Shown here: positions 50,160 to 61,798 of the stretch, in pieces
How positions within the stretch are numbered: the first letter of the stretch is position 1
How the letters are laid out: each line of letters starts with the position of its first letter
Assembly: GCF_037042905.1 (NCBI RefSeq)
Contig: NC_087263.1
Coordinates: 14,138,001-14,202,000, forward strand
Source: Lytechinus pictus
Taxonomy: Eukaryota
DNA length: 64,000 nucleotides
Reading direction: 5' to 3'
Program-made: the position numbers and the translations under genes
The notes under the pieces: model-generated
Told to the model about the DNA's origin: nothing
Seen by the model: the letters and a program-made list of their open reading frames with translations, nothing else
Databases searched by the model: none

Positions 50160-51612
50160 TCAAGATCTTTTGAATCCCCCCATCATGTTGGACGGGACTC
50201 GTTTATTCTTAACCCTAGTATTAAAGTTCATTTCCGGGAACTGTTTCACTTTCAGCTCCATGGTATATTGTATTTCAGGTTTAATCATAATCTCACATAG
50301 TTTATTTCCCTTGGCCTCGGGGCGCAAGACAAAGGCATTGATGTTGACGCCCGGAGGCTGCCAAACCTTAAAATCCCCCTTTTCTCTTGGGGCAGTACTT
50401 GTTGAAATACAATGATCAAAAAGAGACTTGGTTTTCCTTTCTAACTCTGCTTTGTCCCGCTTCATCCGCTCATGACCATACCTCTCAATTTTTTCCCACA
50501 GCGTTTTGTTGAAGTAGTTATAAAGGAGCATATCGCCAGAGTTCCATGACTGGATTTTAGTGCGCATGTCAATGTCGACAGACTGCACCGAATCAACGTT
50601 TCTTGCGTTTTGGCTGAAAACTATCACATCTTCCATCTTCCAACAAAGAAGCTCTTTCAGGAGGATCAAAGACTCGTCAAAATACTCCGCAATCATGATC
50701 AAATGGAACTGATCGTTTATCATGGATATTGCACGACTGATAAACGTTAGGTCATCAAATTGCGACAGCTGAACACCAAAGTCATAGAGCATCCCGTTCC
50801 GTGAGTGTATCTTGTTGGGAAAGTCGTTGTAGAACTTGTTCGGGTTGTCCATGAAGAGTTTCATCGCATCCTTGTTGCCAGCCATCTTCATCCGCATGTC
50901 GAGCTTGAAGTAGGTGAAAGCACTCTCAAAAACCTTGACCGGGTCGCGAAGGATGCTGATGAAGACGGAATTTGGCGGCATGACCTCACGGACATCGTTG
51001 CTGAAGCGGGAATGATGACAGTAGATGTTGTAGACATCATTCTTAACCTTGAGCATGTGCTTTTTCTCAAAGAAATTTGGATACCCGAGGTGATGGCCCT
51101 GCACCGGGAGAACAAAGCTCAAGGAGTGTTGGTCACCGTACCGAAGGAATATATTCTGCACCGTACTGCTACCCGTCTTATGGACCTTGAGGAAGGTGAT
51201 GTTAGTCTTCGGTGTGCACTTCCCTGGAGCCAAACCAACCGGAGGCACCACCTGCTCAGCTCCAGGGTTCTTGCGGTTCCAATGGAATCGTGCAATTGGA
51301 TCACCATCAGGAGCCACTCCTTTGAAAGTCAGCTTCCCCTTCGATTCTGTCCTACGGCGATCCTCCACCTTCTCCTCCTTTGGACCATCATCTAGAACGG
51401 TGTCTGGTCTTGGTAGTGTATCCCCTGCAGCTTCACCCTTCTCGTCTCCTTCGTCCGAGGGTTGGTTGCTTTCTTCGTCACCTCCTACATCTTCTTTGTC
51501 TGCGTTGTCTCGGTCATATTCAACCTCCAGACCTTGGTTGTCCATCGGGTCATTTTCTTGTCTCCTGTGGTAGATGTGGTCCTGTCTTCCATTCTTAACA
51601 TAGGCTGGTTTC
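50160..51612 (-). CDS. Galactose-3-O-sulfotransferase (GAL3ST / galactosylceramide sulfotransferase family), large catalytic terminal exon; 5'-partial
   Basis: 5'-PSB motif TFLKVHKTGSSTVQNIFLRYG, 3'-PB motif ILRDPVKVFESAFTYF, and RNGMLYDFG, FHLIMIAEYFDESLILLKELLCW, WNSGDMLLYNYFNKTLW. The ORF-track start lies in a pyrimidine tract ending ctgtccag, the acceptor at 51613/51612. TGA at 50160-50162. Confidence 0.93.
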
Positions 51613-52807
51613 CTGGACAGGAGAGAGAAACAAAAGAACACAAGTTCAAACTATCACTTCATTCACCATACAATAATGATACAATAAGGCAATTCCATAA
51701 AATGATCAACCTTTTTGTACATCCAATCCCCATTTTTCTCAAGTTTTACTCCACTTCATTAACTGACCAAGTCATGGCCATTTGACAGCATTAAAGACTG
51801 TCAAAAGAACAAGAAATCAGAGACAGAAAATTTCATGAAGGTCCCACATATAGGGGGTCGGACGAACATATTTTATAGAATTGCCCAATATCAACACCGC
51901 GATTGCTGAATTGATTCAAAGCGGTACTCCAACCTGGAAGAATTAATGAAAACATTCAAATCAATATTGAAATTGAATTAAAAAATCACAGATGGACAGC
52001 TACATGAATGATAATATATCTGGGAGATTGGTGCCATATGGCCATTTGAACTGAAAACTTGAGACCTCCACGTACTGTACATATACATTTATGACTTGTA
52101 ATTTGATGATTGCAAAATAATTGCAAAAGTCATTTATAATCAATTGGTGCAGAAATGAATCCTGCTTGGGCATGCACATGTAATTAAACCTTTATTGGAA
52201 TATGCTACTAGCTATACATGTAATTTAAGCACAATGTAATTCAATCTTCCCTGCCTGGGAAAATTTCCCTAAAATCTCATGATTGTAATTTGCTGTGCAT
52301 CTAATAATAATAATAATAGCAGGGCCCGCTGGGAGAACAGTTTTCGGAACTGAAGCGGCTTCCCTGGGTAAATATACCTGTATTATTATTATTATTATTA
52401 TCTTTTGTTTTTCATGTACGAAATATTAATGTACCAATGCAACTTTTGTATTGCACTGTATATGTACACAGGTTTGTTGAAATCTTTTCCACCACAGTCC
52501 ATATTGAAGATAAATAAAAGTAGATGCAGTAAAGCATTGATTTCATGACTGAGAAAGTCGATTAGACCATGAAGGAAAATTGCCACCATATCTTCTTCTT
52601 GAACTAGATCTGGGACCTGTTTAATAAAGGACTTGCAACTGTTGTAACTTTGCCATAATGGCAACTACCATGGTAACAGGGCTCAGCAGCCAATCAGAAT
52701 CAAGGTTTCCATGGTAGTTGCCATAATGGCAAAGTTACAACAGCTGCAAGTCCTATATATGAAACATGCCCCAGATAATGAACTTTAAGAATTCCTGAAA
52801 TCTAAGA

Positions 52808-53605
52808 TGAACAAGTGGAATGCCTCTGGCCGTCTCACCTGCATCACGCGATTCAATATAGCAGCAGTGCTGATTTTGAAAACTACTATAACTCGCACAA
52901 GATGTTCAGTGATACTTGGTTACTCTTATTTCCACGTTTTATGAACTAGACCAATACACTTATAGAGATATGATGGCAATTCAACAAATACCCCCAACGT
53001 GGCCAAAGTTCTTTGACCTTACATGACCTTTGACCTTGATCATGTGACCTGAAACTCGCACAGGATGTTCAGTGATACTTGATTACTATTATGTCCAAGT
53101 TTCATGAATCAGATCCATAAACTTTCAAAGTTATGATGGTAATTCAACAGATACCCCCAATTCGGCCAAAGTTCATTGACCCTAAATGACCTTTGACCTT
53201 GGTCATGTGATGTGAAACTCAGGCAGGATGTTCAGTGATACTTGATTAACCTTATGTATAAGTTTCATGAACTAGGTCCATATATTTTCTAAGTTATGAT
53301 GACATTTCAAAAACTTAACCTTAGGTTAAGATTTTGATGTTGATTCCCCCAACATGGTCTAAGTTCATTGACCCTAAATGACCTTTGACCTTGGTCATGT
53401 GACATGAAACTCAGGCAGGATGTTCAGTAATACTTGATTAACCTTATGGCCAAGTTTCATGAACTAGGTCCATATACTTTCTAAGTTATGCTGTCATTTC
53501 AAAAACTTAACCTCAGGTTAAGATTTGGTGTTGACGCCGCCGCCGCCGTCGCCGTCGGAAAAGCGGCGCCTATAGTCTCACTCTGCTATGCAGGTGAGAC
53601 AAAAA
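52808..53605 (-). mobile_element. HINE/Tsp-like element with internal ~140-180-bp tandem repeats
   Basis: Subterminal IR gtctcacctgcat / atgcaggtgagac, (GCC)n tract, repeated tgacctttgaccttggtcatgtga units, aacaag ... caaaaa ends. Confidence 0.72.
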
Positions 53606-53812
53606 CGATCACACTATTGGATCTGCAACATAAATATGTACATGTTGGAGAGTTTTGGAAAAAAGACCACACATTCTGTTGAAATGCATGCTTATTTCTC
53701 AGCAATTTCTTCCAGATTCATTTTGCACATTAATTCATAATGGACACTTGATGGTGACATCATTTCATTGGATTCAAACTCATTTTGAAAAATTACAACT
53801 GGCATTATGTTT

Positions 53813-54104
53813 GAGAATCAAAATATTTTGTGTGTAGGGGAGATCGGGGTTAGTTGGAACGCGGGGTAAGTTGAAACATTGTAATTTTCTTTAACGCAGG
53901 CCTGTAAAATAAATTTATGCAATACTGCCATAAATTTATTGCTATTAATAATACAACACTGTTGTATTATTAATAGCAATAAATTGAGGGCAGTACTGCA
54001 TATTAAATTTATTTTACAGGCTTTAAGGAAAATTACAATGTTTCAACTTACCCCGTGTTCCAACTAACCCTGATCTCCCCTACACACAAAATATTTTGAT
54101 TCTC
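53813..54104. repeat. Near-perfect ~290-bp palindrome with a 1-nt centre at 53959
   Basis: gagaatcaaaatattttgtgtgtaggggagatc ... gatctcccctacacacaaaatattttgattctc; centre aatacaaca-c-tgttgtatt. Confidence 0.92.
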
Positions 54105-55204
54105 CAACTACATGTAACCCCGATCTTCCCTACATGAAAGTAATGTCAGACACAGTACAAGATCTGGCATGTACTTGATCGAAACTACAGCTCTATATTG
54201 CATCTGTATAAACAGAAAGCTCTATGGAAATGGTGTTGATCAAGTAGAAATCAATGAAATTTAATCACATTTAACTTTAATATTGAAGTCACAATCAAAG
54301 TAAGCCAAGCAAATATTTACTCATTGATCTGTGGGCTGGCGTTCATGATCAATATCAAATTTTATCAAGTTTCTGTTTGTAAATTTGTACATACACTGTA
54401 CATGTTTATTTTGCAGTCTACATGTACATTTCTAAATAAGGAATGAACTTTTTTTGTGATTAAAGATAAATGCCAGTTTGGTAACAACGTCAAAATGAGT
54501 TCTCACAGAAAAAAAATGGCCACCAATGTGTCTGTAAAAAAAAAATGTGCCGAAGGATTCTGGAACTACTGTACCAGAAATTTAGTTGGAAATTTTTTAC
54601 CATCAAACACTGTAAGCATGGTGTTTCAGCAAGTTTGGGGTCTTTTTTCTGGGCAATAATGCACTGTCCCACAAGTGCTTATCTGTGCTGGTGATTTTCA
54701 GAGTTGTTTTTTTGTTAATGATAGATTTCATGATGAATAACAAAGTTCAGTTTACTTCAACTGTACCAGAGCTGGAATAGACACTGACAATGTTCTCAGT
54801 ACCGTATTCTTTCTTCATTAACCAGTTTAGGAAACCAGTTTATTGCTTTTATCACCATCTCCTAGGCCTCATTAAACTTTGGAAAAATTTGCATAAAGTC
54901 TATAAAAAAATTACTATCAGCCAATCAGATTGAAGAATTTCAGTACACATACATGTATGTAGCTTTTTAACTGTTATTGCAAATTTGTAAGTTTAACGGA
55001 TCCCTGAACTGGTTTTCAGAACCACTTCACATAAAGCAGTCTCGTGGCCATGGAAACGCTCTCGTTTGTGTGAATGGTCTTGTAAACCACATTGCCAGGT
55101 AGTTTTCCAAACTACATGTAGTTTGGAGATCACTTCCAAGACTGCTTCGAGCGTTCCCATTAGTTTCCACTTAACCCGGTTTCCAATATAAACTAGGTTT
55201 ACCG

Positions 55205-55403
55205 AGGTTTTTTACCTGACTGCTAAGAAAGCACGAATGCCTGTGAGCAAGCAACCAGGGGACCAACGGCTTAAGGTCCTCTCCGAGGGACCTGGTAATG
55301 AGGATAAATGCCTTACCAAAGGGCACTAGCGCACCATTTGGAAATCGAACCCGGGTCACCGGAATCCGAAACCCCCGCTCTACCGACTGAGCTATCGCGC
55401 CTC
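55205..55403 (-). mobile_element. Short tRNA-derived SINE
   Basis: Minus strand ggaggcgcgatagctcagtcggtagagcg...gggttcgatttcc head, then gtgccctttggtaaggc SINE body. Confidence 0.75.
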
Positions 55404-57724
55404 CTAGTTTTAGGACTGTAGTGAGAATGGGGTCCAGGACAATCAACCTTCATTTAACAGGCTTTCTCATGATATCATCTGTCTGAATGTTCATGTTATT
55501 TCCTTTAATATGAATGTATACCATATGGGCAATTCCATAGGTTGGTGGACATGAGCTCAATGTGTCTTTGTACTGTATAGCCCATCTGAACCGTAACATG
55601 AGTAACCACTTTATCTGCACCCCTCGTAAAAACCATGTGTTCTTTTTTTTTATTATTATTTAATAATTTGTCTCCCTAATATACTTCTTTGAAATGGATA
55701 TAATCAACTTTCATAAAAGCCTTGTAAAAGGACACTTTTCACTTATGTCCACTTTTCATTTTATGCATGTCCAAATCATGTAACATGAGTAACCGACACA
55801 TTTCAAAGATTTGCCAGGAGCATAATCAATTTTCCCAAGTTTTGTTTTTATACAAAGGATAGTCAGACTGCGTACTACATGTATGTTGTGATAAAGAGAT
55901 GTTTAGTTCCTATCAATAATAATGGAGTTACAGCTCCAAGTATGAGTTAAGGTGTCTCCAAATGTAACGTGGGTAACCATGGAATAGCCCATATATGTAT
56001 TCAAAATGGGGTTACAAAAATATTTGCCCCAAGCTGTGCATAATAAAACGAACACATGATTTTGATAACGAGGAATATGGATAACACGCAGCATACATTT
56101 TAAATGTACACCCGACCTGACCAACTCAAAAATAAATACAAACATGTGTATTTCCTCGGGGCCTCAGATTGTAGAATGAGTTTCAAATCTTAAATGGAAC
56201 CTCCTTGCTTAGAAAGAGGGAAGATGACACCCACTCTAGGATTGAAGTATATGATGTACATGTACATGTAGTAGAAGGTCAAGAGAGCTCTCAAAGAATT
56301 GGGCTAATCCATGATATGGCCAGCCTTGAGTTTAATAATTATCTGGTCATCTCAGGTCAACTTCACCCTTTCCTCTTCAACAGTCCACAGATGTACACAC
56401 CTACATACGTATGTATAGCCCCGTAACCAAAAGCTTTTTGTATTACAACTACATAGTCTGAGACCCACAAGTATATACAGTATGTGGGATTGAGTTTTTA
56501 CAGAAGTGGATCAAGCCTGGGTTATCGTATGCAGCGCTTTAATAGAAACATTTGTATTAAGCGCTATATAAATGTTGCAAATCATTATTTCATTGAATAC
56601 CCATCTGTCCAAAAGAGCTGCTTTCCTATAAAAAAAATTGTGAGATCACATTAGGGCCTTCACAAGTTTTGCAGTAGGTTTATTTGAAAATAAGTTTATT
56701 CTTGTACACATTAATGATTTTTGTGATAAAAAGATTTTGTTCAATTATTTTAAAGAACCAGTGTTATATGATGGTCTTCTATTATATTTGCAGAGGGTTT
56801 ATTCAGGGAGTTGGTTTATTAAATTTAAAAGCAATATCACTCAGCAAGATAAAGTCTTACAGGGCACAAAGTTTTATAGACCTACACAAACCATAGGCTT
56901 AAATTAAGTCTGTAAGTATAAAATGACATTGAATTTAAATCATTTCCTTTGACCTTTTTCATCAGTACTTGCCTTTCTGCTTCAATCGCAATTCGCGCAA
57001 CCGTTACGGCTGTGTGGCCGGAGAAGCATTAAATAGACATAAAATGTGGTGCATTAAGCAGCAATCTAAGCTCGTCGATATTTATATTTTCGATAGCTAC
57101 CGCGCTTCGCGAGGGAGGGGGGACACCCCCTCCCGAACCCTCCCCCCGTGCGTGCTTTGCACGCACCGAGGCTGCTGCGCGGCTTGCGTCGCTTCGCGTC
57201 GCCAAGCGTCAGAATGAACCTGGCGAGAACGTTGGGCTTAATCAATCCATTCTAGACAATTTGTCTTAAACTATACTGTGTATATATACTTTATACATGT
57301 ACATGATGTACACACATACATGTATACATGTAAAACTATATAACATACAATTTATATTTCACAAAACTTGATACTGGGTATTAGGGAAGGCTTCTCGTAT
57401 TCCTTGACAACACTGCAATTTGAAGGAATTTACGGTGATTCATTGCCGTCAGAGGGTCAGAGATTTTTCTATTTCTCTCTTACAAATAGACCTTTCCCTT
57501 AAAGCCTGATTAAATATTTAAGGGTAAAAAATATGAATGTAACATTCTAAAGAGTGTAGTGGTGATTGAATTGTTTATTTTTTCCAATTGTTAAAAATAT
57601 TTAAATTTGGAATATTTGTATAGGCTTCAGTCGCTTGACATACATGTACTGTACATGTAACAGTAGCACAGTCTTCCTGGGGTGTTTTTATTTTTATTTG
57701 TAAATAGTCCTTTGAGTACTTTAA

Positions 57725-58342
57725 AGGGATGGTCCAGGCTGGAGATATTTACATGTATATCTCAACAAATAGAGTAAATTTCACAGAGCAAAATGCTGAA
57801 AATTTGATCAAAATCAGAAAACAAATAACAAGGTTTAATATTGAATTTTTTAAGGATTTTGCATTATTTCGGTGAAACAGTTCTAGGCATGTCTTCATGA
57901 ATATTCATTAGGTGGGCTGATGATATCATGTCCCCACTTGTTCTTTTGTATTAAATGAAGTTTATTCAAATTTTCCTACCAAGAACTATTAAAAACAATT
58001 GGATTGACAACTGATTTAGTGCATTATTTATTTATTGCCGCAACTTATTTCATTATAATGGAGACACATCATTTACACATACATACATGTACAAATGAAA
58101 CGATTATGATTTCATGTAATAACATAAGAAAAAAGGAAAGTGGGGATATGACATCATCGGCACACCTAATGAATATTCATGACGATGTGCATATAACTTT
58201 TTTCACAAAATATTGATAAACTTTAAAATTCAATAACTTCATTATTTCTTATGCGATTTTGATGATTTTTTCAGCATTTTGCTCTGTGAATTTTACTCTA
58301 TTTATTTTACATATAGATATATTTTCAGCCCGGGCCATCCCT
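57725..58342. mobile_element. Kolobok-like MITE with TTAA TSD
   Basis: TTAA|AGGGATGGTCCAGGCTG ... CAGCCCGGGCCATCCCT|TTAA, with long imperfect arms. Confidence 0.8.
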
Positions 58343-59220
58343 TTAATACTGCACAAATATGGATTGGATATAAGGCTACAGAAAGAGATTAAATATGTCA
58401 ATAGGAATGTCATTCTATGTTTAGTGCAAAATACATGCATGTCTCAGATAAAGCAGTACAGTACATGTAAATTGAGAAAAAGTAGCCCTCCCCCCCCAAA
58501 AAAAAAAAAAGCCAGATGACCGCACTATCAAAGATAGCCAAGGGAAAAGGAAAAGAGGGAGACAACCTTTATAAAATGTTATTTTCTATTCATGCATCTA
58601 CCACCTGTCACATTCTAACAAACATTGTAAATTCAAAACAGGCACAACTGCTTCTTAAAAACTGTACAAATTGACATTAAAAGCAATACGATGTCAAAAA
58701 AAGGGGGATATGGCAAGTACATTTCCTTTTCATTCTAACCATTTCTTCCTGTTTGAGCAAAATCAGACAAATGATGTTTTTTTCCACATATTCAACTTCA
58801 TTTTTTTTCTCTCTCTCTCTCTCTTGCAAGGTGCTACACAGTTTTCAATTGCACAAATCATAATAATATGTCATAGTATAACAATTCATTTTTATACTTC
58901 ACCGTGGCACCTCCCTCTACATACCTTGTACAATGTATACGTACTTAGGTTTTTCATCCCAAGAAAGCTTTGGAACTGCTAGTGCTAGAGGGATTTTTCT
59001 TCAATGTTTCATACCCGGGATTAGTACTTTTCTGAAGTTTTGGGAACTGTTACAGACTTTAATACAGGTCTAATCTCTCAATAGCTGATTCCTCCACTTT
59101 TGAAGAGACATACATGTACATGTAGAATGGCATACATATGACTTTTGTGAAGAAAAAATATTATCAGGGAAACGGAAAGCAATGTTTTTCCTGCTTTTGC
59201 AAGGAACCCTCCTTTAGAAA

Positions 59221-59606
59221 GGTAAATTGCCAATTCGTCCACTGCCAACTCGTCCACTCACCACATGGTCTACCTTCATTTAATCTAATGCCATTCCGTC
59301 CACCAACATTTTGTCTAACAACCATTTGGTCTAATCATCACTTTGTCTAATCACCATTTCGTCTATTACAATTTCGTCTATTAACCAGTTGTTCTAGAAA
59401 TACCCATTTTCTCTTCATTCAGTTTGCACAATTAAAACTTCAGTTTAATTAGACCAAATGGTATATGGACTAAATGGCTATTGGACCAACTGGTTATTAG
59501 ACGGAATGGCATTAGACTATTAGTAGACCATGTGGTGAGTAGACGAACTGATGATAGACCAAATGGTAGTGGACGAGTTGGCAATTGGACGAATTGGAAA
59601 TAAACC
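59221..59606. mobile_element. TIR element, family of 10176-10582
   Basis: ggtaaattgccaattcgtcca.tgccaactcgtccac ... gtggacgagttggcaattggacgaattggaaataaacc. Confidence 0.75.
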
Positions 59607-60141
59607 CTTTAAAAGAAGGCTCTCCAAGGCTTAAAGTAAGCCCTGATAACCTTCCCTGATAATCTAGATCAGAAACCCCAGCATAATTCCCTGTTATGCT
59701 ACATGTAGTTTAAATTTTGATCTTATAATATACAATTCCCAAGATTTCAGAAAATAAGTCTGCAAGGAATAACTTTCCTGATATTGCATTGCAATTTGCT
59801 CCGCATTTAGCTTGAAAGACAAGCACACCGCACACACAAAACGTATTTTGTAGAGCAGGTTTTTACAAAATTACAAGATCATTCACAGGGCTTTCTTCGA
59901 GGTGGTAGCAAGAATATTTTGTGTCGCTGAAAGAACGCCCTTGACACCACTTCCGCGCATCGCATGCGTGCAAAAATGCCCAGATATTAGCACACATAAG
60001 GGCATTGCACTGATGGGGTGCGTGAAAATGTTTTTCTAAGGGCGTTCTTGCACGGACACAGCGATCTGTAGTGCAAAACAGACTACATGTACATGGGAGC
60101 TGTTTACAGGTATGTACATGTACTTATGTCAGGCATATTAA

Positions 60142-61798
60142 TAGGAGTGGGCTATACATGGGTCAAAAATACTTTTTTTGTAATTTCAATATGACAACAG
60201 TTTTTTTTCATTCCTTGTAATGTATCTCAACATGAAATGACAATATTTTTTGTCTCGGGTCCGAGAAAAAAGTGTGCCGGGCCAAAATCCAAAATGGCCG
60301 CCAAAACCCCCCAAAATCACAGTTTTGGCCACAACTTTTTTATTTGGTGGTCAATTTCTCTGGTTTTGGTGTCTATTCATATGTTTTGGGGGGCAGGCAA
60401 TTTGTTTTTCCTATAATTAGTACTTTTAAACCATTATTTGTAGAGTTAAAAGGTAATTATACCTAAATTTTCCCATTTTTGTAGCCTTTTTTCAGCCAAA
60501 AAGTAGGTTTTATCATCCTGGGGTTCTGGGATATTAGATGGTACGAGGTCAACAATAGCAAGCAGCTTCATATAGCTATATTGCTTTTATTCCTCCACTT
60601 TGGGTTTGACGGATATTTGTGAAATATATCTTATTAAATAAAACAATGTCAATTATCCATTGGGGCTATACAGTATACATATGTACAATGTACTGTACAT
60701 ACATACTGCACTGCATAAATGCATTGGCCACCATGACAGATAACAAGGCTTGTATAAACTATAGTGTCATAGAAATGAGCTCTCAGGTTTAGAATTAGAT
60801 GCCTCAGAAATTGAAGATATGTTTTGTCTCAGAAATTGAGGACATGTTTTGTCAAATATGCTAATTCAGGGGGCGGAGAGAGGTAATTTACACTATAGCT
60901 ATTCTGGGCCCCGTTGCATAAAAATTTACCATTATGTTAACTTAACTTAATGGTAACTTGCATGCAATCCTTTATTCTGATTGGCTGTTGATCAGCGTTA
61001 CCATGATACTAGTAGTTACCTGACCCCATAAACATAGGCCAGTTAGACACCAGAACCAGGTTTTAAAAAAAGCCTCCAAATGAAGAAGATATGGCTAAAA
61101 TGTGATGTACGTATATATGTATGTATGTGTAATTTACGTTGCTGGTTTCACCATGTACATCAGCTGACAAGGAATCAAATTCACAATCTAATTCTAAACC
61201 TTTGAAGCTCATTTCTATGACACTATAGTTTATGTACAGGCCTTGTCATAATTATGCCATGGTGGTCAATGCATGGATATATGCAGTGTAGTATGTACAG
61301 TGCATTGTACACCGTATAGCCCCTATGGATAAATGACATCACAAATATCCGTCAAACCCAAAGTGGAGGAATAAAAGCAATATAGCTATATGAAGCTGCT
61401 TGCTATTGTTGACCTCGTACCATCTAATATCCCAGAACCCCAGGATGATAAAACCTACTTTTTGGCTGAAAAAGGGCTACAAAAATGGGTATAATTACCT
61501 TTTAACTCTACAAATAATGGTTTAAAAGTACTAATTATAGGAAAAACAAATTGCCTGCCCCCCAAAACATATGAATAGACACCAAAACCAGAGAAATTGA
61601 CCACCAAATAAAAAAGTTGTGGCCAAAACTGTGATTTTGGGGGGTTTTGGCGGCCATTTTGGATTTTGGCCCGGCACACTTTTTTCTCGGACCCGAGACA
61701 AAAAATATTGTCATTTCATGCTGAGATAAGGTAAAAGGAACACAAAAAAACTGTTGCCATAGTAAAACCAAAAATCACCCATTTATAGCCCACTCCTA
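60142..61798. mobile_element. Foldback-type element with about 650-bp inverted arms
   Basis: TAGGAGTGGGCTATA ... TATAGCCCACTCCTA, flanked by the direct repeat ATATTAA. ORFs 60272+ and 61679- share an identical 64-aa translation because the arms are near-identical. Confidence 0.9.

Noticed and set aside
50805..51785. Several + strand ORFs of 72-196 aa
   Set aside because: Antisense shadows of the GAL3ST coding exon with no independent motifs.
55330..55403. tRNA-like sequences (also heads at 6027, 16318, 26160, 40880)
   Set aside because: A/B boxes are present but the acceptor stems are incomplete and they run into SINE bodies; called SINEs, not tRNA genes.
57095..57235. GC/CpG-rich patch as a possible GAL3ST promoter
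   Set aside because: Short, hairpin-like (gggagggggacaccccctccc) and resembling a transposon internal motif; no adjacent exon or donor found.
59915..60062. ETS/NRF1-like words (cacttccgcgcatcgcatgcg) as a promoter
   Set aside because: Enclosed by inverted repeats (gtgtc..aagaacgccctt / aagggcgttctt..gacac), so more likely a small MITE; no transcript evidence.
60272..61679. Identical 64-aa ORF on both strands (MCRAKIQNGRQNPPK...)
   Set aside because: Consequence of the inverted arms of a foldback element; GTG start and no protein features.
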